64,000 nucleotides of DNA from Lama glama (lineage: Eukaryota): contig CM052817.1 of NCBI GenBank assembly GCA_028534125.1, positions 92,382,001 through 92,446,000 on the forward strand, read 5' to 3'. Positions 51,655-64,000 of this stretch are shown one piece after another. The stretch's first letter is position 1. Each line of letters opens with the position of its first letter. The notes below the pieces were generated by a model. That model did no database searches, was not told the DNA's origin, and was given only the letters and a program-made list of their open reading frames with translations. The position numbers and the translations under genes were made by a program.

Positions 51655-52035
51655 TGCTATTTATCAGTCAGGTGATGCTGTGTAACAAAGTTATACAATC
51701 TCAGGGCTTACAACAACATATGATTCATTTCTTGCTCTTGTGTCTGTGGGCCAACTGGAGAGGCTCTTCTTCAAGCTGTTGCCAAGTTTAGGTCTGTTCC
51801 AGCTGTCTCATTCTGGGACCCAGGTTGAAAAGGTACCTGGGAAACGTTCTTCTCACAGTGGATCATTGAGGGTCCAACGACACAGACATATTTTGAGCTT
51901 CCTTGTGTCATGGCCATTAATATCCCTAAAGTAAGTTACATGGCCAAGCCCAAGTCACAGGGTGGAAATGCATTATCCCCGCCATAAGGCCGTGTTAGGC
52001 ATGTGGGTATATAGTTCAATTATAGGGGAGTGAAA
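51655..52035 (-). mobile_element. MLT1-like LTR
   Basis: atctcagggcttacaacaaca..tttcttgctc; aagttacatggccaagcccaa. Confidence 0.65.
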
Positions 52036-52430
52036 AATGGGGACCAGTAATTCATGCTGTATTTCCCTGTAGTAATTCACAATATTTTTCTCTCAATTTG
52101 CTGTGGCAAAGGTGGAGTATGGGTCATCTAGACCATTGTTTGAAATCCCATAGTAAATCACAACAAAAGGAATGGAATAGAAAATAATTAGAAACACTGG
52201 TCATAGTAAGGTTAAATACTATTTTATGAAAATTTAATTTTAGTTTTCTATATGTGTGTGCATCTGTATTTTAGATATCCATATATATGTTTGTATTTGG
52301 TCATGGTGTACATTGTGGATCAAGAATATAGGGCTAAAAAATATTGACTTGCTGCTGTCTAGTGGTTTTGATACAAGTCACTGATTCATGCCAGAAAGAA
52401 AATGGACATTGTTGAATGTCACAGGCATAT

Positions 52431-53727
52431 CAGTTTGATAGGAGTTCACTAGCGAAGCTAATATCAGAGGATTTTTTAATGCAAAATTTTAAAATTACAG
52501 ATTCCATTTATTAGGCATATGACTATTTAGGTTTTTTACATTTCTTTTTGTGTTAGTTTTGATAAACTATGTTTTTTAAAAGCACTTTATCTCTTTCATC
52601 TAAGCTATCGAATTTATTGGCATAAAGTTGTCCATAGTATTTCCTTATATTTTAGTGACTATAGGCTGTAGTAATGCCCCCTCTGTCATTCCTGCTATTG
52701 GCAATTTGGGTTTCCTCTCTTTCTTGATCAGTGTTCCTAGAGGGTTATTAGTATTATTAATCTTTTCAAAGAATCACAATTTGAGTTTGTTGATATTTCC
52801 TATTTTTATCTGTTTACTATTTTGTTAATTTTTTTAATCCTATTTTTGTTATGTCCTTTCTTTTATTTACTTTGGATTTAGTTTTCTGTCTTCTAGTTTC
52901 TTAAGGAATAAGCATAGCTCACTGATTTCAGGCCTTTAAAAACTACTTTGGGTGTACTTCACAAAATTTGATATGTTGTGTTTTCACTATCATTCAGCTC
53001 AATTTTCTTTGTAAATTTCCCTTATTAGTGCTTCTCTGATCCATGGGTTACTCAGATTTTTAAATTGCAGGTATTTAGGGATTTTCTAGATGTTACATTT
53101 TTCTTATTTCTAATTTAGTACTATTGGGGACAGAAAACATACTCTGTAAATATTCAGCCCTTTGAAACTTACTGAGACATGTTTAAAGACCTGGGATATG
53201 ATATATCTATATGAATGTTCCATGTGTACTTGAGAATATGTATTTCACATTTGTTGGGTGTAGCAGTCTATAAATGTTAATTGATCAAGATGGCTAATAG
53301 TATTGTTAAAATTATATAGACCCTTCTGATTTTTTTTTCTTTTTGTACTATCAATTAATGAGAGAAGTGTGTTAAAGTTTCCAGCTACGATTGTGGATTC
53401 ATACATTTCTCCCTTTGGTTAAGTCAGTTTTTGCTTCAAGTATTATGACAGCTTTGTTAATAAGTGCATACACTTTTAACACTGTTACATGTTCTTGATA
53501 AATTAACCCTTCTATAATCAACAACAATACCAAAAAAGATTTAGTCTCTGTTAATGCTCCAAGTTTATACTTTCTGAAAGAAAGCTGCAGCAGCCTTTTT
53601 ATGCTTATTGTTTGCATAGTATATGCTTTTACTTTCTATACATTTGTGTGTTTATCTTTAGAATATGCTTCCTGAAACAACATGCAGTTAGTTAGGTCTT
53701 GCTTTTTTATTCAACTGTCAATCTCTA
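52431..53727 (-). mobile_element. Old L1 ORF2 5' part (endonuclease to GFTGEFYQT), antisense
   Basis: Antisense of KKQD..CC.QE at about 53670-53710 and of GFTGEFYQT at 52431-52460. Confidence 0.8.
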
Positions 53728-55664
53728 GTTTATTCTCTAAACTTTTGGTAGGTCTTTGATTCCCAGTCAAAAACAAATTAACATGCTGAATGGAGGAGAA
53801 ATATAACCCATTACAACACTGTCAAAGTTCTCATGGATCTCATTCAATACTGGAATATAGAGTAACGCAGGTCAGCAATTCTAAAACTTTCTTTCTTAAT
53901 CTCAAACTATGTAAGCACTCAAAGACCCTTTTCTCAGCAATGTTTACTTTTGAGCTGAAGAAAAAGTAGGTGATAATAAACAAGAGAGCAATATACACAA
54001 CTCACATATATTTTATAAGAAAATAATACATGCTTATGCATATGATTTGATTATAAAACAACATTCAATGAACATAAAAGTAATACAGTCTTTTATTACA
54101 CCTGCCTTGATGGTAGGTTACAAATTATATGACTAGCGCACATTTATAATATCAGCAGTGAGTTTCACTCTGCAAGCAAATTTGGGGAAATTACATATAC
54201 GTTTGTATTCATATATTCACAGAATGTGAATGTTTCATTTTTGAATCACAATGCCTATGTGGTTATATACTTGAAGATTAGGTACTTAAAATCTAGTTTT
54301 TGGAAAATTATAGAGACAAAAAATATGCAAATGTGTATTACTATACCATCAAACCACAGAACACTAAATTGATGCCATAAAACTAATTTATCATTCAGTA
54401 GCTAGAATGTTGTCATTAATATTTAAGAGCTAATACAGCAGCTGCAATCGAAAAACAGCCAATCAAAAATACTATTAGACTGACAAAGTATTTTTTTCCT
54501 AAATTTCAGATTTTTCAAATACTCATATAACCATAAGTACAGTGGAGCTTTGCAAAATTATACGTTGACTATCAGCCAGACCTCTTAGAAGAATACTGAA
54601 CTAGACTCAAGTTCTAATAAGGTTTTCATTTTCATTGATAAATCCCAACATTTAATAACCCTAAATAACAACTGATGAGTGGTCCTAATTAAAATACAAG
54701 CAAATGAAACTCAATCTTTAACAATCAAAGAAAGAATCCCCATATGGAACAGTTCACAACTCCATAGGACCACGCTACCATTGCTTTAGGAACTGGCCTT
54801 AATAGATTAAAATCACATTTATGCACAGCAATCATCAGTAAAGTATTTAAATAACTAAGAGGTTTTCATGTATTTCAAACTTCTAAAAACTGTGTAGTAT
54901 ATATTGATTTAATCCCATCATCACTAATATTACTAGTAACTCCTATTTTTTGGATACCTATCAAATGCTGGGCATTCTCTTAGACTAATCCTAAAACAAC
55001 CATGTTGGTATTAATACTTTTACCGTGAGAAAATAAGTAACTTGCACAAAGTCAAACAACTGAGAAATAATAAAATCAGAATCTGCACCCAGACTTTTCA
55101 TAGAAATAAAAAAGTAGATCAGATTAATAAAAAAACACAAAATCAATTCAATTTTACTCTACAAAATAAATGAAATACACAAATGAGATGCAATACACAC
55201 CATAAAGTACATGTTTAAACTGATGAGACTTCCTCCATTAGCTTATTGACAAGTTTACTTTAGATTTAAAACTTTGAGAAACAAAGCTCCTGTTACTTAA
55301 TTCAGTAAGTATTTAACTACCCATTTGTTGACATTTCTTTTGGAGTATGCCCTCCAAAAATCTGAAACTGAGTTCCCAGTTCCAGAACCTCTCCGAAGAT
55401 TCAGCTACAATTTATGATACTGTTACTTTGTGAAAGTGCATCCTAAACTTCAATTAGTGGAACTATAGGGGTAGATACATATTAACAAATTTTTGGAACC
55501 AGCAGCTTGTTAACTTTCTAGATCCCTACAATCTCATTTAAAAAAAAAAACAGTAATCACTCTATAAGATTTTGAACAAAAGAGTAGGACTCTAGACTCT
55601 TCCCCCTTAAAAATTCACTCATGTATATGTTATTCTTATATTGACTAGTAAAAGACTAAATCAG

Positions 55665-57715
55665 TAAAAGAAAAAAATAATACAGCTATTACATAAACTC
55701 CTAGAACATCAAGTAGGAAGCAGCACATTTTATGAGGCAAGTTTAATCCTGATACTAAAACCAGACAAGGACAATATAATAAAAGAAAATTACAAATCAA
55801 TATCCTTTATGAATATAGATGCAAAAATTCTTCATTAGCAAATTGATCCTAGTAATGTATGAAAAGAATAACATATCATGATTAAGTTTTCAAAATCAAT
55901 GAATGCAACTTACCACATTAACAAAGTAAATTAGAAAAATAGGATCATTTCAGTAGATACTGGAAAACTATTTGGCAGAACTCAATACCCATTCATGATT
56001 AAAAACACCCAACTAACTAGGAAATAAATGGAACTTCCTCATCCTATTAAAGGCTGTCTATGGAAAACCTGCAGCTCACATGATAGACGACACTAAAATA
56101 TTGAATGCTGTCCACATTCAGTTGAGAACAAGGCAAGAATGTTTACTCTCCTTTTGTTCAGCATTGTTCTAGAGGTCCTAGGCAGCATAGTAAGGCGAGG
56201 AAAAGAAATCTAAGACATAATAATTGAAAAGAAAGAGGGAAAGCTGTCTTTACTAACAGATGACAGTTTGTGAGTATAGAAAATCCTAAGAAATCTACAA
56301 AAACTACTAGCATTATTAAGTGAATTTAGCAATGTCATGAGGCACAGTCTACTTCTATACATTAAGAACAAACTTGGAAAACAAACAAAAAAAAAGAACA
56401 GTTCCATTTATGGTAGCATCCAGAAACATAAGATACTCAGGGATACATTTAATGAAAGATATGCAAGACTAACACAATAAAACTTTTCCTGAGAAAAGTT
56501 AAAATGGAAAGATATTATTGTATTCATCAATTGGAAGAGTCAATATTGTTAAGGTGCTAATCCTCAAACTAAACCTATGGTTTCAATGCAATTCCAATCA
56601 AAATCACAGCAAGCTATTTTTGAAGAGAGTGTCAAGGTCACTTAAAGTTTATACAAAATTTTAAGAGACCTGGTTTAGCCCAAATAAACTTCTAAAAGAA
56701 TAGAGTTAGAAGACTTAATCTACCTGACTTCAAGACTTTCTAGGCAAGTAGATAAATATAACAGATGAGAGAACAGAAATACATGCATACTTTTTAACAA
56801 AGATACTAAAGCAAGTTAATTCAGTGAGGACAGGAAAGTATTGGAAAAGCAAGAAATAATGCTGGAACAACTGGATACCCAAATTGGGGGTGGGGTGGAG
56901 AGGCTTAGTTCCTGTCTCCCTCCACATGTGAAAATTAATCTGATATGGAGTTTAGACCTATGTTTAAACTAAAACTTTAAGGCTTCTCAAAGAATGCACA
57001 GGAGAATATGTATCTTCCACCATAAGTTAAGCAAGAATTTCTTTTGGAGAAGACACAGTGCTATCGCTTAAGAGAGATTAGACTTCATCAAAATAAAAAC
57101 TACCTATCAAGGATGCCTTTAAAAAATGAATAGGCAAGCGACAGACAGAGTATTTGCAGCACACATATCTGATTGGGGACTTGTACCTAGTAAAGAACTT
57201 TTAGAACTCAGTAATAAAAAACAGTTTTTAAAAGGGCGAAAGCCTCAAATAGTCACTTCACAAAGAAAAAAAAATATTATTTGTAGTAGTCTAAAATTGG
57301 AAATGATGCAAATACCCATCACCAGGAGAATGAATAAGCAAACTGAGGTGTATTCATACAGTGGAGTACTACGCAGCAATTGGAAGGAACAAATTACTGA
57401 TGAAAGCAAGAGTATGGATGAATCCTAGAAACATGTTGAACAAAAGAAGCCAGACACAGAAGAGTACGTACTTTATGATTCTATTTATATGCACACTGCA
57501 AAGTTGTGATAGAAATCAGAACAGTGGTTGCTTTTTGGAGGAGGGATTGATTGGGAAGGGGGAGTGAGGGAACTTTCTGGGGCGATGGAAGTATTCTGTA
57601 TTTTGATCAGGATGTTGATTATTGGGGTATGTGGATCTGTCAAAACTGATCAAACTGAATATGACATCCGTTCCTTTCATTGTATTAAAATTACACCTCA
57701 ATTTAAAGAAAAGGA
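55665..57715 (+). mobile_element. Old L1 ORF2 3' part and 3'UTR, sense
   Basis: IIQLLHKL..FYEASLILILKPDKD..ENYKSISFMNIDAKIL; ends with ttacacctcaatttaaagaaaa. Confidence 0.85.
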
Positions 57716-59354
57716 ACGGAATAGTGTATATAGGCAAAAGTATTTCCTGAGAGATAAGACATCATTTCTAGTCTGAACTCTGTCTCTAAATTTATGTGTT
57801 TTGGGCAAGTTCATTCAATTAGCTAGTCATTCATTCACAATGTAAGAGCAAATAAAAGAGAAAGTCTACTGAAGAGTAAACAGCTATGGTGTAGCAAGTG
57901 CTCTCTACCTGAGGGGGTGAGCGTCAGGGTGGCGGTTAACTCCAGGGAGGAAGACTTCACAGAAGAGGGGACGTTTGACTGGGTTTTTCATGTTTTAGGT
58001 GTTTGTAGTTTGTGCAAAAGTTTCTACCCATGGTGAAGGTAACCCTTTTACTGGTTCTAGTGTTTTAAGCTTCAGGACATTTCCTTTAGCCATATTATCC
58101 CAGGGCTTGACCAACTAGACCTTGGTGACCATATCTGCATCCTACTGATTTTAAGTCTTTGATCATTTTCCTTCTCACTTTTTTAGTTTGCTTTAGTTTC
58201 CTTTTCCTTCCTTTTCTTCCAACCCTAAGTTTCCTTCCTTCCCTCCAGCCCTCCCTTCCTTTCTCTCTCTCTTCCTTCCTTCTTTTAAAATAATCTTATG
58301 CATTGCTATATATGTCTTTCACTGAAACAGTTGCCTTTCTTAAGGTTTTCATCCATTGAATGTTTCTGTTCAATAATTATTTGTCAGTTATTTCTTAAAT
58401 GCAGGATGTGAAAAGATGAGCTAGGTATAGTCTCTGTCCTCAGAGAATTTTCCACTTAATATACACAAATAACTATAATATAGAAAGTGGTAGGAGTCAT
58501 AGAAAGATTACAGATAAATTATTATGGGAATTCCAAGAGAGGAGAGATTAATTCCACTTGAATAGAATCAGAGAATGCTTCCTGGATCTGGTAAGTGAGC
58601 TAGCTTAAAACTGGGAAGGATTAATATATTTAGAGATTGGGGAAAGGAGCATTCAGAAGAAAGGCCCAGGATATGCAGAGGCTGAACTCCAGGTAGGATT
58701 AGATTATTTTGCCTGGAGTATAAAGAATATCAGGGAATTTTCATAGTAGCTTACAGAGGCATAAAAGTTAAGGAAACCTTTTAAGGGTAAGGAAAGCCTG
58801 AATTTGCTTTTGTTGAAAGGAAGGATCTGGTGGACATTTACAGGCTGTATTATTTAAGAAGTCTGTTTTATATGCATAGAAAAAAAGACTGGAAGGACAT
58901 ATGCTGATCTGTTACTAGTAGCTGTCTTCATGGTAGGATTTACAGGATTACTTGACTTTTCTTCTTTTTGCTCTTCTGCATTACTTTTTTTTTTTACTTC
59001 TGCATCATTTTTGTACATATATTTTTATTATGTAACTTAAATTTTATAAAAAGCGTCTGCTTCATAAGCACAGTGTTGGGGTAGCTTATTTGCTAAGACT
59101 ATCAGCTGAGAACCTGTTGATTCTCAGTTAAAAGGACTTCATCTGATACATCATGCTGCTTTCTTCTATCTTATGAATGTATATATGTATATATCTATGA
59201 TTTTAGCTCTACTGAAAATTTGAAACAAATTTGGTTTCTTTTTTTTTTTGCATTTTAATACATGCATTATAAAGTTGGCCAAACACCTCAAACTTACTGT
59301 TGTTTTTCAGCTCTAAGGAATTTTTCTCATTCAGCTTTTTTTCCCCATATATAG

Positions 59355-59452
59355 ATTTTACAGAAAGCGACACATGTTGTTCAGAGTGAAGTGGACAGAT
59401 GTGTAGAAGATATAATGAAGGAAAAGAATATTAACCCTGAGAAAGACATCAG
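59355..59452 (+). CDS. ELMOD2: ELMOD2 exon 4 (98 nt): ILQKATHVVQSEVDRCVEDIMKEKNINPEKDI(S)
   Basis: Acceptor ccccatatatag, donor AG|GTATGT, matches recalled ELMOD2. Confidence 0.95.
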
Positions 59453-61043
59453 GTATGTGTTTTTACAGTTTTCTTGTTTCTCATGCACTCGCATCCTGCG
59501 AGGTTGGAGATCACACACGTTGTGAAACATTAGAGCAAAAGATTTGGAAGGTCATCAAATTTATCCCTTTTCCTCCCTCACTGAGGAAGTGAGGTCCAGA
59601 GAGGTGAGTGATAGAAGTAGGACTAAAGGCTCTATCTTTTAGTTCCCAACCCAGTACTCTTGCCGGTTAGTCACCTGCCTTCTTTAAGGAAACTTACCAT
59701 CACTTTCCCAAAGTTAAATAACTTTGGCTCCTGTGTCCTTCTTGTCCTTCAAGATTCAGTTCCTCTGTCCTCCTCCAGGAAGGTCCTCAATCATAGCATT
59801 TAGCCCGTTGTCCTGTAGACACTGATTTGCTCTTGTTCTTCCCCCAGTAAATTCTAAGTTCCATAGGAGAAGGACCAGACTTACTCCATTTTTGTGTTCC
59901 CAGCTCAAGTATATTGAGATAGTATTGAGCAATTTTTTTCTTCATTCTCTATTTTCTATGTAAATATTGAGGAAGGAGTCATTTATTTTGGCTGGAACAG
60001 GGAAGGGTACAGGAGGGAACTGAGACTATAATTCCACAGAGGCTGGATCTTGTTGAATGGGTAGAGGAGGACATTCCGTGCAGAGGAACAGTGCCGACAA
60101 GGTACAGAGTCCTTGAGTATCTGGGAATGACAAGGAGTCCTCTGTAGCTGGAGCATTGAATAGGTGCAGAGCAGAGGTTGGAGAAGCGAGTGGAGTGTGA
60201 GCTTGGAGATCCACTGCAAGGAGTCTCGTGTGCCACACTGAGATTTAGGTGTTGTCCTCTGATTTATTTTTTTTTCAAGTGAACAAACTTGATATATTAT
60301 CAGATAAATCTTTTAGGAAGATGGAGGGTAAATTTGAGGATGTTGGAGGCTGGTAGAAGGAATAAAGATAGAACAGTTAGGAAACGGAGTCATTCAGGTA
60401 TGAGACAATGAAGCCATAAATTTACTGAAGCCATAAATTCACCAGGGTAAGTGGATATATGATGAGGGCTTTGAGGGACGTTTCAGAGATAGAAAGGATA
60501 AGGGCTTGGGGACCTGTTGATGTCTTGTTGATGGAGAGGAAGTTCAGAACTCGGAGCATTCTAGCTTGGGGAACTACATGCTTAGTGAGCTCATTAATAG
60601 ATGTAAAGCCTCAGTTTAAAAAGGGCATGTTTCTTCAGGGCAGATAAGCTGTTGCGTGTGGGCCGACTGGCATGACCTGTCATGGAGCTGTGTGCTGCTA
60701 TATACTTAGAAACTTAGGTCTGTTGGTAGCATCTGGTAATAGAGATTTGGGAATGCCTGAAATTGCCCAGAGAAAACATGAAAAGAAGAGGACAAATCAA
60801 GGATTTGCAAGGTTTGCCTTTCCTACCCTGTCTTGGCTTCTTTCTAGGCCCTATTTGATGGTATCCTCGTGATAATACTTTGTATAATGTTTTGTGTTTG
60901 CAGAAGCTCTTGATGCTTATTGTGTTAAAGTGCAGGCTAGGAAGTGCTTTCTAAATAAACATACGAACCACAGACTGGGGAAGGCATTACTTTATTGTGG
61001 TAAGAAGGTATGATTTAAAAAATAATAATTTTATCCTTTTCAG

Positions 61044-61173
61044 TTTTAAAATCTGCATGAAGGCATGCTTACTGCAGATATCCGGTTATAAACAGCTCTA
61101 TCTGTCTGTAGAGAATGTGAGAAAAAGGCCGTATGATTCCGATAACCTGCAACATGAAAAGCTCCTTCTCAAG
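61044..61173 (+). CDS. ELMOD2: ELMOD2 exon 5 (130 nt): FKICMKACLLQISGYKQLYLSVENVRKRPYDSDNLQHEKLLLK
   Basis: Acceptor ccttttcag, donor AAG|GTAAGT, start of the ELMO domain. Confidence 0.97.
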
Positions 61174-62283
61174 GTAAGTTTTGGTGGTGTATGTTTGGTG
61201 AGTAAATAAATTTGCCTGAACCTTCCTGTTTCTTGTTCCTGAAGTATGAGTGCATAAGGCCAGTGAGATGCCGAAATGAGAGAATATTAGACCTGGAGTA
61301 AGCTTTCCAGATCATCTGATCTAGAACGTTCATTTTAGGGATGAGGTCAGTTCTAGGGCCTAGAGGTAATTTGCTTTAGAAGGTCCTAGAATGGTGAATT
61401 CTGAAGTACAGCTGAGTCACCTGCCCATCCACTTCACCTATTCTGGTTGTGTTTTTAAATGGTTAAAATTAGGGAAAATGGCACATTGCGCCTGAAGTTA
61501 GGCATTTGCTAAAACTAAAAGTGCTGGGGAAAAGTATGTTGATAGCATCTGAGTAACAGTAAGAGACAAGCTTAAGAACAATAAAACCTTTTACTTTTTT
61601 TCAGAAAGAGTATAAATATACACTTCAACTAATTTTAAAATTAAAAATAAAACTTGATTTTGTCAATGAGGATAATAAAAATACCTAAAGGGCTGTTGCT
61701 GTGGATTGAATTTTTGTATTTAAAGTGTTAGAATAGTGCCTGGCACTCCCTGAGGCTGGACCACTCTTTATATCCTCCTTGTCATCACTATTTCCTTAAC
61801 TTCAGACCCTTTCTGTGCAGTACTTTCCCTTTTGAAGGGGTAAGACACAAGTCCTAGCATTTCAGTCAAGGGAATTTTCATCTTGGTGATTCATCATGAA
61901 ACTCCTTTAGAGGTGAAGAGCCAGTTGCCGGCAGTGCCTGGCTAGCACTGTGTTCTTCTCCAGGAAGCAGTTTACCAATTCTGATATATATATGTTACTT
62001 AGTCAGTAAAGACATCTCATTGTCTTAGAATTTTGTGTATTTGTTGCCTTTTTAAAGTCTACTGTTCTTTATATCAATCTTTTGAATTGGAATAAGTATG
62101 TTACATTTTTTAGGATAATTGAAAAGTTCTTTAAATACAGCCTTCACTGAGCCTATGATTTGTCTACAAAAGTTGCTTAGTTGAAAGCGTTCAAGTTACT
62201 AGTACATCAGCTATGAGAAGGAAAATGTCTTGGTAAATGAAGAGCATCACTATTATTTGTAATATGGAAGCATATTTGTACAG

Positions 62284-62417
62284 CTTTGGAATCTTCTAAT
62301 GCCCACGAAAAAGTTGAAGGCCAGAATCTCCAAGCAGTGGGCTGACATTGGTTTCCAGGGTGATGATCCCAAAACAGACTTCAGAGGCATGGGCCTGCTT
62401 GGATTAATCAATCTTGT
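62284..62417 (+). CDS. ELMOD2: ELMOD2 exon 6 (134 nt): LWNLLMPTKKLKARISKQWADIGFQGDDPKTDFRGMGLLGLINL(V); gene continues beyond the window
   Basis: ELMO-domain GAP motif W..IGFQG.DP.TDFRGMG is intact. Acceptor tgtacag, donor GT|GTAAGT. Confidence 0.97.
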
Positions 62418-64000
62418 GTAAGTGAAAATAAACTTTCTTTTCTTCTGTAAATGAAATTACATGTAATCTCCAATCTTGTTAAATTCTAGTAAGAATTAAT
62501 CCAGTTGTTTCATACTTTCTCTGAATTTTAATAGCTGTTGTGCTTAAAGTATTTACTAATGTGCTGGCAACAATATGAAGACGTTGACCACATACTTTGT
62601 GTGTGTGTGACTGCTTTACTTACCAATAACTTTCCTCTTTCTTTCTCTTCCTGACCTCCTTTCTGATGCCTTTTAAGGGACTATGTGTACTCTCTTCTCA
62701 CTCTTTTTATCCTCCTGCCTCTTCTCTCTTGGCTCTCTGATTCTACTTAGGAGATATAACCAGAGATGATAATAAAGCCTCTTCACACTTATTCTTTGCC
62801 ATCTGTGATGAGTGATCTACATCTCACTTTTCAGAGGCCATATGAGCTCCCTCTTTTTTTTTCTCTTTAATACTTATGCTTGGGCACACATATGAAATCT
62901 CAAAATATGCAACTAAAATCAGAATTGATAGTCAAAACTGTTTTAGAAAATAAACTGTAAGGTTAATATGGATATGAATATGCAGATGGAGAGATTCTAG
63001 TGTTTGGGTCTATCCTTGAATTGTGATTTATAGACTCTACAGTACCTAGAATGGAAACCCTAGCCATTAACAAAGTTTGAATAATTGTTACTATGAAAAA
63101 ATTAATCCTGAAACTGAGCTAGATTATGTTAATATTGAGGAAAAATACCTAGGTCAGTAGGGATAAGGGTGTTGTGGGGCAAAATAGAAGATACAGTAGG
63201 GCTTCACCATCTATAATTATTTTTAATTATAAAAGTATTTAATTTTCCATGATACCTAAGTTTATGAGTATGAAAATTCCTTGTATGTCTACTTCTCAAA
63301 GATAAAACCCAGTAGTCTTAATAATTATAATTACAAAAATGAGATTGCCAGTTTTCCACTTTGATAAACAGAAACTACCATTCGGAATTTAAGTAGAATA
63401 AATGCAATGTGTTTTCACTTGGAAAAATTATAAAGTATTTTAAAATTCATTGTTCAGAACATATTGATCTTTTGTTCTTAGCCTTTAAAGACCATCTTTC
63501 TTCTTGGTACTTGTAACTACACAGATAATTGAACCTCAATTAGATACACATTCTTCTGGTGTTTCCTTTCTTAACTTTTGCTGAGTAACCTTGCTTTTGG
63601 CTCGTTTCCTCAGAAATCAAGATTTCTCAGCGTTTACTAGAAGAGAATTTAATTTAGCTTAAAATTTAAATAACTGACAGGATTTCATTCAAGACTCCGG
63701 TAAGGGATTCTGATAGATCTTTAAATGCTTTACAAGATTTTTACTCTATTTAGAGCTAGTATCTACTAACTTGAAAAATGACCAGAATTCAGATGTATTA
63801 TTTGATTGCCATTGATGTACTAGAGATGGTTGAAAACATAAAACTAGCTCTAATTCCTCTCTGACTATTTTTGTTCTGTGTATGGAGCTATGACTCTTCA
63901 GGGTCAAAATAAAGATACAGTCAAGAAGCAGGAGAGCTGTTCAGACACCCTTACATAATGAATTTTAAAAATTTCTTGGCCTTTGTCATCAAATCTCTTG

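Noticed and set aside
60409..60442. 17-bp tandem duplication; similar short tandems at about 13050-13093 and 30698-30740
   Set aside because: Ordinary slippage duplications with no spacers, not CRISPR-like

Overview
Mammalian genomic DNA, probably a cetartiodactyl and possibly a camelid (inferred from L1 3'-end types and the absence of Alu, Bov, PRE or CHR SINEs). The window holds two divergent genes. MGAT4D (minus strand) has coding exons 1-10 at 34026 down to 950, giving 1116 nt / 372 codons with no stops; the terminal exon was not identified. ELMOD2 (plus strand) has a CpG-island promoter at about 47.6-48.4 kb and coding exons 2-6 at 49142-62417; the gene runs off the window. All coding exons were walked by hand and have GT-AG boundaries with consistent phases. 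The rest is L1, L2, MIR, DNA transposons, solo LTRs, a decayed ERVL-class provirus and a 500-N gap. Best leads: an atypical CCA|GTTAAGT donor in MGAT4D intron 1; an upstream ATG one base out of frame across a poly-G tract; an EDD->EDG change in the MGAT4D motif; and an L1 whose two contiguous ORF2 halves face opposite ways around a 2-kb block in ELMOD2 intron 3. No wholly new biological system is evident. Gene and repeat names come from recall of known sequences, not from database searches.
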